Origin: Mytilus trossulus
Lineage: Eukaryota
Length of the DNA stretch: 64,000 bases
Direction of reading: 5' to 3'
Assembly: GCF_036588685.1 (NCBI RefSeq)
Contig: NC_086380.1
Coordinates: forward strand, 19,096,001 to 19,160,000
Below are positions 1 to 12,790 of this stretch, in pieces. The position numbers and the translations under genes are program-made. Numbering within the stretch: the stretch's first letter is position 1; every line of letters starts with the position of its first letter. Under the pieces are notes generated by a model. The model was not told the origin of the DNA and did no database searches. It saw only the letters and a program-made list of their open reading frames with translations.

Positions 1-260
1 TAACAGATGGGTGTGTTTCTAAGCATTCATTTAGACTTGGATTATCTCTTCCATCTTTGCAGCTACAATCATAAACAATGCGTATTGGCGTAGTAGATTA
101 TTCCTTGGCAACAGAATGATGCGGGATATAGTGCACTGGTCGATCGGTAGGAAGTTTTGTTTCCTCAACCTTTTCAATAAAATGTCTTCTCTCCTGCTCC
201 CTTATGATATCTCCATACATTTTCAATAAATCGGGTTTGTTTGCTAAACACCTAATAACG

Positions 261-1385
261 CTACTTGTCCTCCATGTTATGTGGTAGCGGAAGGAAATCT
301 AGTTTCCATGGTAACTTAGCTGTGTACTTTCCATCTTCTAGTATTATAGACTTTTCTCCGTATTCTCGTACAACTTCCGACTGACTTTTAATGGTATCGC
401 TTCCTGAAACCCCCAACGCTTCTAAGTTCCAAAACTTTTCCAAGTCGCAAACAACGGCTCTGTGATCAGTCAAAATATTCAACATTGCTGATTGTTTTGA
501 ACTACTTCCGTTTTTAGTTAGTACGGGTCCCGACAAGAGATAACCTATTTTCGACTTTACTGCGGTCGGTCCATTTCCTCTTATTATTTCGTCTTCAACT
601 ATTGACCAGTAATAGTCTGCACCAATCAATAAAGATATGTTAAACTTGTCTTCTGCGCATATCGGATGTGCGAGTCGTAAACCACGTAAGTATGGCAGTG
701 CTTTGATTTCCTTTTGTGATTTTGTCTGAATAGGAGCGGCAATTTTCGGTACAATTATTACTTCTATTTCTATTCTTTGATTATCAACTGTTTCAATAGC
801 TATGTTTGCTTTATCAAGATGATGAACTTGTCCTTCGTTTCCTCCAAATCCCGATATTTTCAGTGCAATCTTTTCGGTGGATTCAATTTCTAGTTTTCTA
901 GCTAAATCTTCAGTTATGAATGAGTTTTGTGCTCCCTCGTCAAGTAGAATATTTGTCATGATAGATCGATTTTCGGACCAAACTGGAGTTACGGCAGTTT
1001 TCAGTAAAACATCTGTATGTGCAGTAACAGTAGAATGTAAGGATGTGGTTAGCTCCAGTGGCGTTTCCTCTACGGCGGTATGTGCTACGGTCATTTGTGT
1101 ACTATACTGGTTTTCGGTCAAGCTCTTTGGTTCTGTGTTATGTACTTGTACATGTATACTCGTGTGATGTCTCTTTCCGAACTGGCGGCATTTAAATTCA
1201 GACTTATATTCAGCTACTCTATGATTTCCGAAACAGTTAAAACATACCTTTTTTCGCTTCACAATTTCTATTTGTTTCTCAACATCTTTCACGTTTTTGC
1301 ATGTATTTGGATGATGGGATTCTTCACAAAAATAAACATTTTTTACGTGACTGTTTTCCGTTCTTTCCTTTAAATGTTTCGGCAA
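261..1385 (-). pseudogene. BEL/Pao Zn-knuckles plus aspartic protease (DUF1758-like)
   Basis: CFNCFGNH, HHTSIH, LLDEGAQ, LLIGADYYW, GYLLSGP motifs. Confidence 0.85.
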
Positions 1386-2415
1386 TAAACGAAGCGGTCG
1401 GTAAAATTTCTAAATCTTCATTACTTGAACCTGTAGATTGTCCTGCGACCTGTACGCATACTTCCCTCTTTATTGCTGTTCTCAATGATTCGATGTCCCA
1501 GTCGTCGTTTCCGCGGTCTCGGGTTATGTTTTTTCGTACATAGGACGGCAACTTATTGTATATTATAGGCGTAAGAATAACTCCAAATGTACTCTCGTTT
1601 GTTCCTAACGATTCTAATCCGCGTATGCTACACTCAATTCTATCGGAAAAGTTTCTCAAACTGTCTGCGTTTGACCTCGGTGCGGGTAAATCAATTAAAT
1701 TCTGAATATATGCGTTCGTGATTTTGTGGTTCTGACCAAACCTCTCTCTCAGTATTGATACGGCTTGATAGTAATTTGCATTTGTGAGTGGTAAACCGGC
1801 GATACATTGCGCGGCTATTCCCTGAATTTGATTTTGCAAATACGTAAATTTCTGCACGTCTGTTAATGTTTGGTTATCGTGTATTGTTGATTGATACGCA
1901 TCCCAGAAAGGTTGCCAGTTTAACAAATTGCCTTTAAAATATGGTAGATTCAATTTTGGTAGCTTGTGGTAGATGCTAGAATTTGTTGCGCTCATTGACG
2001 ATCTGTATTGCATATCATTATTCTGCATGGGATGTGGAGTTTTACATGTAGATGTGGAGTTGATAAACACAAAATCTGCTGCATTTGGATTTAAGTTCTG
2101 ATTAGAGCTAGTTTCATTTGATTTGTTTTTCTGTTTTGAACTTGATGAATTGCGTACTTTTGTCAAAATTCGTTCTATATCTAAAACATACCGATCTGAT
2201 TCTTCTATCTCTGCTTCCATGTTTTCCTCTGCAATCTCCTCTAAAATTTCATTATCAAGTTCTGAAAGAATATCCCTCTTCTTCTTCAATGTTTCACATA
2301 GGCTTTCTATTTCGTCACGTTGTGTTGTTTCTTTCTCTAATTCCTCTTCAATCTTTGAAATTAATCTCCTTGTTGCTCCTCGATGGCCCACTCGAATGGC
2401 TTTCTTTTTCGTCAT
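1324..2415 (-). pseudogene. BEL/Pao gag (DUF1759) ORF, frameshifted into the downstream ORF
   Basis: 363-aa ORF with coiled coil and DUF1759-like motifs; the first Zn-knuckle is split by a frameshift near 1330. Confidence 0.85.
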
Positions 2416-2418
2416 TAT

Positions 2419-2436
2419 CCTCTGGTCACAGCACCA
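2419..2436 (-). promoter_or_regulatory. Primer binding site (tRNA-His-like)
   Basis: TGGTGCTGTGACCAGAGG directly after the LTR and just before the gag ATG at 2415. Confidence 0.75.
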
Positions 2437-2437
2437 A

Positions 2438-2641
2438 TGTGACGGATGGGTTAACTAAAGTCTAGACAGGCAGTAAAACAACGTCTGGTTCGTTTGATCG
2501 TATAATCTCAACTCAATATAGCAACATGATACATAACAATAGCACAACGTTAACAGAAGATATGATGACGTTAACAATGTTAATGGAAACGGCGTTAAAA
2601 GTAGTTAACGTTAAAGTTAAACTGTCTCTAAATCACCGACA
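2438..2641 (-). repeat. 5' LTR of the BEL/Pao element (204 bp, TG...CA)
   Basis: Minus strand TGTCGGTG...CGTCACA, followed 1 nt later by the PBS; host repeat resumes at 2642. Confidence 0.8.
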
Positions 2642-2990
2642 CCAACAACGGGTTGTCCGATGTTTCTAAAAAATTCAGGACAGTTGGTTTCTGACCTAAC
2701 AAACAATTTTACCCTTCGTCAGTTTTGCTCTAAATACTTTGGTTTTAGAGGTATAAGCCAAAATCTACATTTTACCCCTATGTTCTATTTTTAGCCATGC
2801 CGACCATCTTGGTTGGTTGGCAGGGTCAGGCCACACATTTTTTAAACTAGATATCTAAATGATGATTGTTGCCAAGTTTCATTAAATTTGGTCCAGTAGT
2901 TTCAGAGAAGATTTTTCTAAAAGTTTACGGACGACGGACGCCAAGTGATGAAAAAAGCTCACTTGACCTTTCAAGTCAGGTGAGCTAAAA
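2642..2990 (+). mobile_element. Helentron/HINE (pearl-like) non-autonomous repeat, 3' part, interrupted by the BEL LTR
   Basis: Same core as 4629-6356, GACG microsatellite, terminal hairpin AGCTCACTTGAC...GTCAGGTGAGCT. Confidence 0.6.
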
Positions 2991-3117
2991 ACGGCAAAAT
3001 TTTCTTAACATTACCAATTCTGGAGCAGCAACCCAGCAACCAGTTGTCCGATTCATCTGAAAATTTCAGGGCATATAGATCTGGTCTTGCTCTAGATGCT
3101 TTTGTTTCAGAGTTATA

Positions 3118-3725
3118 AGGGTGCTATAAACAGTTTCGTATAGAAAAAAATTTGGGTTATTCCCCCGACTAAAAATAGACATGGAGGGAAGTCCCTTTTT
3201 ATCATATAATTGGTGAAAAATGATCATGTTTTTTGTTTTTGTTTGTAAAAATATGTTAATTAATTTCAATTAAAGCAGGTTTAATGATTAAAATAATTTA
3301 AAAAAAATAGATTAAATATACATGTTTTGAAGGGAGACAACACTGTAAACAGTCTGTTTTTTTGGCAGTGAAAAGTGAAAACTTATTTGCAGCCACTGTA
3401 GTTTTCAGGTAAAAATCTATGAAATTCATTCAATTTTGATTATGAAAAATGTGCAGGAATCATGTCTTCACTGGTGTGCACATGACCTGATTTCAGTTTT
3501 TTTAAGCTTAAATTAAGCAATTTTTTCCCAGTTTCTCTGGATAAAACTTTTTTATACTATTAAAAGTACACTTTATTTTTATTTCATTATAAACTAGAGA
3601 ACATTCTGATTCCAGTGATGTCTAGTTTTATACAAGAATCTTTATCAATCAGTCCACCACTAATGGTCACTTATGCATGGTTCCTCAAAATATGACGTCA
3701 TAGAAAAAACTGTTGATTGCACCCT
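3118..3725. mobile_element. MITE with ~19-bp terminal inverted repeats
   Basis: AGGGTGCTATAAACAGTTT at the left, AAACTGTTGATTGCACCCT at the right. Confidence 0.55.
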
Positions 3726-4628
3726 AGGCCAAAATCTACAATGAGGCTTGTGGCCAAGTTTGGTTTTATTTGGCCCAGTAGTTTCAGAGAAGATTTTTGT
3801 AAAATTCAACGACGACGGACAATGACAGACGACAACGGACACCAAGTGATGAGAAAAGCTCACTTGGCCCTATGGGCCCGGTGAGCTAAAACTGATTATT
3901 ATTTTGGTGAATTTGGTAAGTCGAAAGACCATTACTCTGCACTACATCATCAGACTGGAACAAAATATGAACTTGATATGCAAATTTTCATGTTAAATAG
4001 TTATCAAAGGTACCAGGATTATAATTTAGTACGCCAAACAATACATCAAATATCATATAAGTATCTTCAAACATGAATAAAGAGTTGAAAAACTGATTTG
4101 ACGGACTGATGAATGGACAGAAAGACAGACGAATGGAGTTCACACCTAAAGTTCCCTTCGACTTCTTCGGTATGGGACTAAAAACAAATATGATTTACAG
4201 CAGCAAACTACAACCACTGAATGACAGGCTCCTGACTTTAAACAGGCACATAGAGATCTTGTCTGAAGGCGCAACCCTCCCCTAACCTTTGACAATGGTG
4301 TAGCAGTACCATACAGGTGAAACTGCGAGCAACTGCTCACTGATACACCAGCCTACCAAGAAATTTGTTGAGTGATGAATTTGAAACACATCACACAGTA
4401 CAGCTGATTGATATTAGTACTTAAACCAAATTTCAGAAATCCTTGTATTGTAGTTCCTGAGAAAAATGAGACGAAAATGTTCAACTTGGCTATCATTTGT
4501 AAAATGATACAATTATTTGGTAAATAGGAAATTTTGAGTAATAATTCTGAAAACAAATCACAAGGTATAGCTGACTTACATATACTTTGAACTCAAGTTT
4601 CAGAAATCCTTGTATTGCATTTCCTAAC

Positions 4629-6356
4629 AACTAGAGGCTCTAAAGAGCATGTGTCGCTCACCTTGGTCTATGTGAATATTAAACAAAGGAAGCAGATGGA
4701 TTCATGACAAAATTATGTTTTGGTGATGGTGTTTGTACATCTTACTTTACTGAACATTCTTGCTGCTTGCAATTATCTCTATCTATAATGAACTTGGCCC
4801 AATAGTTTCAGTGGAAAAAGTTAGTCACAATTTACAAATTTTATGAAAATTGTTAACAATTGACTATAATAAAGGACAATAACTCCTTAGGGGTGAATGG
4901 ACCATTTTCATCATGTTGACTTATTTGTAAATCTTACTTTGCTGAACATTATTGATGTTTACAGTTTATCTCTATCTATAATAGTAATCAAGATAATAAC
5001 TAAAAACAGCAAAATTTCCTTAAAATTACCAATATAGGGGCAAAAACCCAACAACGGGTTGTCAGATTCATCTGAAAATTTCAGAGCAGATAGATCTTGA
5101 CCTGATAAACAATTTTACCCTGTCAAATTTGCTCTAAATGCTTTGGTTTTTGAGTGATAAGCCAAAAACTGCATTTTACCCCTATACTCTATTTTTAGCC
5201 ATGGTGGCCATCTTGGTTGGTTGGCCGGGTCACTGGACACAATTTTTAAACTAGATACCCCAATTTCGGAGAAGATTTTTATACAAAATAACAAAAATTT
5301 ACTAAAAATTGACAAAAAATGACTATAAAGGGCAATAACTCCTTAAGGGGTCAACTGACCTTTTTGGTCATGTTGACTTTTTTTTAGACCTTACTTTGCT
5401 GAACATTATTGCTATCTCTATCTATAATAATATTCAAGATAATAACCAAAATCGGCAAAATTTTCTCAAATTGACCAATTCTGGGGCAGCAACCCAACAA
5501 CAGGTTGTCCAATTCATCTGTAAATTTCAGGGCAGATAGATCTTGACCTGATAAACAATTTTACCCCCATGTCGCTTTGCTTTAAATGCTTTGTTTTTTT
5601 CAGATATGAGCCAAAATCTACATTTAACCCCTATGTTCTATTTTACGCCATGGCGTCCATCTTGGTTGGTTGACCGGGTCACCCGACACAATTTTTAAAC
5701 TAGATACCCTTATGATGATTGTGACCAAGTTTGGTTTAATTTGGCCCAGTAGTTTCAGAGAAGAAGATTTTTGTAAAAGTTAACTAAGATTTACGAAAAA
5801 TTGTTAAAAATTGACCATAAAGGACAATAACTCCTAAAGGGGTAAACTGACCATTTCGGTCATGTTGACTTATTTGTAAATCTCATTTTGCTGAACATTA
5901 TTGCAGTTTACAGTTTATCTCTATCTAGATAATAACCATAAACAACAAAATTTCCTTAAAAATTACCAATTAAGGGGCAGCAACCAAACAACGGGTTGTT
6001 CGATTCATCTGAAATTTGCAGGGCAGATAGATATTGACCTGATAAACATTTATAAACCTTGTCAGATTTGCTCTAAATGCTTTGGTTTTTGAGTAATAAG
6101 CCAATTAGTGCATTTGACCCCTATGATCTATTTTTAGCCATGGCGGCCATCTTGGTTGCTTGATCGGGTCATCAGACACAATTTTTAAATTATATACCCT
6201 AATAATGATTGTGGCCAAGTTTAGTTTAATTTGGCCCAGTAGTTTCAGACAAGAAGATTTTTGTAAAAGTAAATGAAGCCGGACAACGCCGGATGCTGAC
6301 GGAGGCAAAGTGATGAGAAAAGCTCACTTGGCCCTTTGGGCCAGGTGAGCTAAAAA
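4629..6356 (+). mobile_element. Helentron/HINE (pearl-like) element with a tandemly repeated core
   Basis: 5' GTCGCTCACCT subterminal IR; about 3-4 imperfect tandem core copies (CAACGGGTTGTCCGATTCATCTG...GGCCATCTTGGTTGGTTG); degenerate GACG tract; 3' hairpin AGCTCACTTGGCCC-TTT-GGGCCAGGTGAGCT. Confidence 0.7.
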
Positions 6357-8443
6357 TGTGACATAAATTTTCAAAATGGCTGTTAAGTTTAAAACAATAC
6401 AAAAGTTCGTAAACAGGCAGTTGTTGGGTGATGAATCTGAAAAGGCATCACTCTGTAAAGCTTACTTATATTCACCCTGAAACAAAATTTCAGATATCAT
6501 TTTATTGCAGTTCCTGAGATAAATGTGACGAAAATATCATTGAACAGATTGAGTGATGGATGGATGCACAGAAGGAGGCACTAGATGGACAAACAAACAG
6601 AGGTGTAAAAATAAATTATTACCCCACTTTCTTAAAGCAGGGGTATAATAAGAACCAACTATAAAATGTAGTAACTTTGAATAATACCATATACTAATAA
6701 ACTTTTGTCCTTGAAATTTCCTGATGTACATTTTTTTGTATTTCACATTTATCAAAACATCATTATATTGTTTTTGTATTTTATTTACACTATGTACATA
6801 CATGACATTCAAAAACAAAAAGAATTATATAAATACTACCTCTTTATAACAGTAACAACTATAAACAGTCAGAGTTCAATATAACCAGAACATAAATAAC
6901 TATCACAGTTTTTCATCTCTATCTTTACATTCATAACAATGACAAATATATGATGAATATGTATTAAACTATATGATTGGCTTTAGTGTAATTTTGACAA
7001 ATCCAAACTTACAGCATAAACTTCTTTTATAAAACAAATTTTAGAGGCTGTTATAAAAGTGACAAAATCAAGTTAAAGAAGGCCATTTCGTTGAACCTTT
7101 TTGGTGTTTTGCTCCAAAATTAGAAAATACAAATAATCCACATTAAAGGGCAACACATATTTGGGCCTGAACTTTACAGTTAAAAGACAACTTGGTATGA
7201 GTAAAATAGCACTATGGTTTCCTGAAAAAGCATAAAGAGGAATGTTCCATTGTAGATTCAAAAATCAAATCAAAACATTTCAACTGTTTCAATTGATCTA
7301 GTTCCTATTATTCTCAGATTTGATAAAATAATCCTTTAGGTTAAAATTGAACATGGCTTTCATAAATTTTTATTGAACATAAAGAAATCCCATATTCATT
7401 TTGTAATAGAACAATGTCAATGTTTATTATTGAATATATTGTGTTGTGCTTAATTTTCTTGTCATTTTTATTTCACCATATATGAAGATTAATGTCTATC
7501 ATTACACAAATGCATATATACAAAACAAGATTCCAATTTGAATATTTAAAGACCAAAAAAAATGACAATAATCGATCTCAACCATTACATCTGGCTGAAA
7601 ATTCAAAAATCAAACCCATACTAACAAATGATAACAATATATTCTTAAATTCTAGATGAACTGTGAATTTTGATCATGTGAAAATAAAAACAGAATAACA
7701 ACATTTCAGAATGGAATGTTCAGAGAATAAAAAGTTTCAACACTACTCCAACTAGATTAAAAAACATACACTACACTCAAACTTTACTCTCTTTAACACA
7801 GAATATACATCCTAAATTAGAACAAAATTTAATTATGATATTGCTTCAGTAACTGGTGAATTGTGTATGAGGTCATCTTAGTATTTTTCATCATATCAAA
7901 CCTTCTTTCATTCAGCCAGTATCCTGTGTTAAAAGAATTAATTTCAAATTTTAAATTCAATTTCTATTAGACATCAGGCATCATGAATCAGGCATCATGT
8001 TTTTTTGCTTTGCTCACTGAACTGTACAAGAAAATTTGACTAAGCAAAACACACCTAGGTTTCCTGTAACACTATTTTGAAATCCTATATTTATTATACT
8101 CATCAATAAGCTAATTATCTATATTATCACATAGTTCCATTCTTGTTAACTCAGATTTAAAATGTATCAGTTAATACACTTCTTAGCTATATTATGCCAT
8201 TTATAAAAAAAATTATCCACAACTAACATTCAACTCCAAGCAATCACCATGTTCGCATGTATTCATTTACACCAATACACTAGATCACCATAATTATTAG
8301 TACTGTAATAAGTTTTAAATCAAAGCACTTTTAATACTAATAAAACTCAGTAATGAATAAATATCATCTAGATACATTTGTACATCTACATTATAAATAC
8401 TGGTACATACAATCTAGATTCATTTGTACAACTACATTATAAA

Positions 8444-8695
8444 TAGGGCCATAATAAATAATAGGTTTGTTTGCCCAAACGCTACCTACCCAGAAAAAAG
8501 CTGCCTACTCAAATTCTTTTATTGTCCTGATTTGAAGAAGTTTTTTTTAATCAAATAGGCATGAAGACTAATAAACATATGATACTTTAATTTCATTTTT
8601 TGAAGAAAAAAAAAAGAAAATGCCTTCCTACCTACCCACTGTCTCAACCTTTGGGTAGGGTTTGGGCAAACCAAAATATTTTTAAGTATGGCCTA
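8444..8695. mobile_element. Small inverted-repeat element (Crypton/MITE-like)
   Basis: TAGGGCCATA...TATGGCCTA ends with internal IR TTTGCCCAAAC/GTTTGGGCAAA. Confidence 0.45.
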
Positions 8696-9509
8696 GAGGT
8701 ACATACGCTCTATTTTATATTGAGAAAAATCCTTGATACATAATAGCAAGTGTGAGAATGTCCACAAGATATGTATGAGGTATGTCTAGAAAACTATGTG
8801 TGTCATCAAATTGAGTCATTCAGGACACACAATTCAATCATGACAGAAACTATCAATATAATGTAATATATAATTTCGTTAAACAGGGATTTACTTAAAG
8901 GTTTAATATAAACCTTTAGATTCAAATTCAATGGTTAAATCCAACACTTATATGTTCACAATCTCAACCTTTATTTCATGGTAAACACATTTTTTTCAAC
9001 AAGAAAAACACTTTTGAGCCATTCACGAATTCACACCCTCAACAGCCTCAATCTGGATTCAATATACAAACTTCACCCCTCCATGGCAATGACCATTTTT
9101 GTTATGAAAAATCATAGGAATTAAAAAATGGGATATGAGCAACGATTATAGATGTAAATGACATTCTGAAATGATCACTGAATTCAAACCAGTTATTCAT
9201 TGGATAGAACTAGAGGAAACAAAGAGCCAAAGAATGAAGATGACAAACAATATCTACTGTTCAATAAGTTGGAATATAATAAAGTCAATACACATATTAA
9301 ATTTTCTTAAAATAATTCCAGCTAAATTATTTCTTTCATTTGTCATTTAGCCTGATATAATTCAAACAATATATTGGTCACACACATAAATCAAACATGA
9401 AGAATTCTTTACTTTTCAGCACATCTGACAGTGAAAGAAATATGAAAGTTTTATGTTAAAAATAACCACCATTTATAAATATAATAAACATATTATCAAC
9501 AGGTTTGTA

Positions 9510-9634
9510 CTAATGGAAAGCATACAACAGTAAGATTATAACACAAGTAGCTATCACACTCGCTAAAATTATTGTGTCTCTTCTTTTCCGTAAGTTTATT
9601 TTTTGCATTAATGTGTTAATGAGAGGAAACCGAT
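9510..9634 (-). CDS. GOSR1: Golgi SNAP receptor complex member 1 (GS28), exon 8 (C-terminal TM anchor)
   Basis: (N)RFPLINTLMQKINLRKRRDTIILASVIATCVIILLLYAFH*; AG acceptor at 9635-9636. Confidence 0.95.
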
Positions 9635-10399
9635 CTGAAATCTAGTTAAGGAACAAAACAGATAACCATAAATATAACTTATAAATAACGTATCAGATTT
9701 ATAAAATTGTAAGATAGTATTTAGTTGCATGCTACAGTTTTCAAATCAAACAAATTCTTCACATTGGTATCTAGTGGATGTTTGGCTTACAGGAAATCTC
9801 CTACTTCTTATTTTCATACTTATCTGTACATTTCTTTAAAATATACTTTTCATACAAACAATCCCGTTTAAATGTAAATTTATCTATTTGAAGTGGAACT
9901 CTGTCATATTTGTTGAAAGCTATACTCAATATTTCAATAAAGGCTTTCTTATTTATCTCCCTATTCCCATTGATTATTACTTCTGGAAATTGAGGTTTGT
10001 ACTCAAATTTTGATCATGGAAAACTGATAACAATATTTATTTAAACTATATGCAAGCCCCATATATATTAATGATTATTAAAAATTTTGCATACAAATCT
10101 GCAGGCCAGACATATGAAAGCCTTGATTTGGTTAACAGCTTCACGAAAATATCTAATGTGAAGACTAAGTTATTTTTAATTGTATACCCTGTAAGCAGCC
10201 TTGGTGATAAACTCAGCATACACATACCTTTGTTCTCCTAAACTAAAGTACTCTTGCAACCACAAGGTCAAGGCTATTTTTGTCTAAATTTTGGGAACCT
10301 TATATTGGATTATAGAAATTTTACAGGCCTGAGTAGGTAGGCCTGCTGTCAAGCAAATATAATTATGTATTCATCTTGTTAATGTTTTAAAAAGGATAC
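9635..10399 (-). other. GOSR1: U12-type (minor spliceosome) GT-AG intron of GOSR1
   Basis: Donor GTATCCTTTT; branch point TTCCTTAAC (9645-9653) about 10 nt before the AG; no long polypyrimidine tract. Confidence 0.9.
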
Positions 10400-10482
10400 T
10401 CGCTAATGAATTCATTTTCTGTGTGATTGTTCCAAGAACTTTTCTCTGTGATTGTAAATTTTCTTTTGTTGCAATTGCTATA
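10400..10482 (-). CDS. GOSR1: GOSR1 exon 7
   Basis: IAIATKENLQSQRKVLGTITQKMNSLA; phases match the flanking exons. Confidence 0.93.
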
Positions 10483-11121
10483 CTGTGAAATAGAAATGAA
10501 AATATATAAAACATTGACAAACAGAACATAGAATTAAATAAGAAACACAAAGAGGACTCTTTTTACTAAAATGAATGTGGGAGGCAAGGAAAGATTTCCT
10601 TATTTCTAAACATTGGTTATGCAAACTTTATTTATACATATTTGACGTATGCAAAATTACTTAAAAAAAGGTATGTTGGTTTGGGGGTATTCAAGGAATC
10701 TTTGTACCCACTCTCATATCTGTTAATGGAATAGTCCAGATAATTTTTTATAACAATATGATCAAATGCAACAATCTTTTAAAGTTGAAATTTATTTTTT
10801 TTGGTGTTCCAACTGACATGTCTAATGAAGTTGTTTTTTGTTTTCCTTTTCTTCCTATTTGTCATTTTGACTGCAGGTCCCTTCACTGCTGATCATTTAT
10901 ATATGGACAGGTTTATCTTTTTGGTGTAGAGCACAAGTGAGTTTGTTTATTTAAATTCATTTTCAACTTTTAGACTAGAGATGATCTAGAGCTTAAATGT
11001 GTATGTTGGTAACACGTGTATTTGTGTAGTTGTTTCACCGACAGATATATGTATAGATTTTATCATACTTTTTTTTATAAAATTTCAATCTGTTTCATCA
11101 AGCTTTTTTATATATGCTTAC

Positions 11122-11151
11122 CTTATTTGGTCATCTATCATTTTTTCTGAA
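11122..11151 (-). CDS. GOSR1: GOSR1 exon 6 (30-nt microexon)
   Basis: SEKMIDDQI; AG/GTAAGC boundaries; keeps the reading frame. Confidence 0.88.
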
Positions 11152-11262
11152 CTGAAATAGAAAAAAAACAGTTGTATCATTTCCAATATAAGAGGAGTGA
11201 AGATATATATAATAAGGGCAAAATAAAAACTTAAAATCAATCTAAAAGTAAACATTAATATG

Positions 11263-11672
11263 ACAAACAAGAATGTTTCCATAGTACATGGATGCCCCAC
11301 TTGTACTATCATTTATATGTTCATTGGACCATGAAATTGGGGCCAAAACTCTAGTTTTGCATTAAAATTTGAAAGATTATATCATGTGTACTAAAAAGTA
11401 AAATCACAAAAATACTGAAAACAGAGGAAAAGTCCATAATCACATGGCAAAATCAAATGACAAAACACATCAAAAACGAATGGTCAAGAATTTTAATATT
11501 CCTGACTTGGTACAGGCATTTTCAATTGTAGAAAAGTTTCAAGTTGATTTAACTTCAACTTCATCAAAAACTACTTTGACCAAAAATTGGACGGACAGAC
11601 AATAAACAGATGAATGAATGGACGCACAGACCAGTTAACGTAATGTCCCTCTTCTGTTGTAGGTGGAGCGTA
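11263..11672 (+). mobile_element. Degenerate HINE-like repeat with a nested fragment
   Basis: ACAAGAATGT...GGATGCCCCACT start, GACG/GACA microsatellite, hairpin-like end; reverse complement of 51652-52080. Confidence 0.5.
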
Positions 11673-12079
11673 AAAATACAGCAACCACAAAACTCTACAC
11701 AGAAATAAAACATGAACCATACCAAAAGCTTTAGGTAATCTCAGGTATTTATGATAAAATGACAAAATCTAAAAACGTGAAATAATGAAATAATGAAAAG
11801 TCAATATGCAGAAAGTTTGGAGTTTTGATAGTGGTAATCAATATGTCACATTTGATCATTAAAATACTAGAATCTGAGAATTTACAAAATGCATCCAAAA
11901 ATAGAATTTTTCTATTGTTTGCAAGAACATTTTAAATTTTAATTTGGAATTACCAATGTATTGAGTAAGAGGTAGCATCACCTAAGTTGGGTCTTTGTAA
12001 AATAAGAGCTTCAGTGAGCTAACACCAAATAGTTCTTATTTTCTTTATGTATCAGAAATTACCAGATAAGTTCATTTAC

Positions 12080-12151
12080 CTCCGTATGTGATCATGTTCT
12101 TTTAAATACATATCTGTTCTTCTATTCAAACCAGAGGAATTTTTATAAGCA
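12080..12151 (-). CDS. GOSR1: GOSR1 exon 5
   Basis: AYKNSSGLNRRTDMYLKEHDHIR; AG/GTAAAT. Confidence 0.93.
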
Positions 12152-12790
12152 CTGAAAATAAAGCAAATATGAAGTATAGTCTAAACATGTTAAAATAGAT
12201 CTCTTATCATTTCTTTACACGTCTATAATGTTAAAATAATCATTCGAAATAAATTTCTTCACAGAAACAGTACAATCAATCCTCACATATAACTACTTGA
12301 TTTCCCTTTTTTTGTAACATTCATTGACCAGATGCTTCATGATACTATAGCTAAAATAGGAACAACCCAGTTCAAAATTTAGCATCAATGGCTTGAAAAT
12401 TACTAATTTGCTTTGCCTATAACTCTTACAGTGTTCATTTTTGCCTAGTGTTTAACATTAAAAAGACATTAATTTTCTGATCCAGGGCCTTTAATAGCTG
12501 ACTATAGGACATTGGCTTTGCTCAATGTTGAAGGCCATACAGTGACCTTTAGATGTTAGTTCTGTATCATTTTGTCTCACTTGGAGAGTTGTCTCATTAG
12601 CAATCATACAACATTTTCTTTTTTATATAAGAAAATATATTTCCAGCCAAATATTAAAATTCCCAAGCAAACAAGACAATCAAGCTAGTTTTAATTCTTT
12701 GGATATTAATATATATCATGTTTCAATTATCCCCAAAGATCTGATATATAAATTTAAAACAAACCCTCTATATACATTGTCCATGTATTA

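Larger units (their letters stand above)
1..2641 (-). mobile_element. BEL/Pao LTR retrotransposon, 5' part (LTR, PBS, gag, protease, start of RT), degenerate; continues beyond the window start
   Basis: Gag with DUF1759-like LPKLNLPYFKG...WQPFWD; three Zn-knuckles; LLDEGAQ protease motif; Pao RT start VHYIPHH...TTPIRIVYDCS; frameshifts and an in-frame stop. Confidence 0.93.

Noticed and set aside
1324-1385. Programmed ribosomal frameshift between BEL gag and pol
   Set aside because: BEL/Pao elements normally have one ORF, the break splits a Zn-knuckle, and further disabling mutations lie downstream
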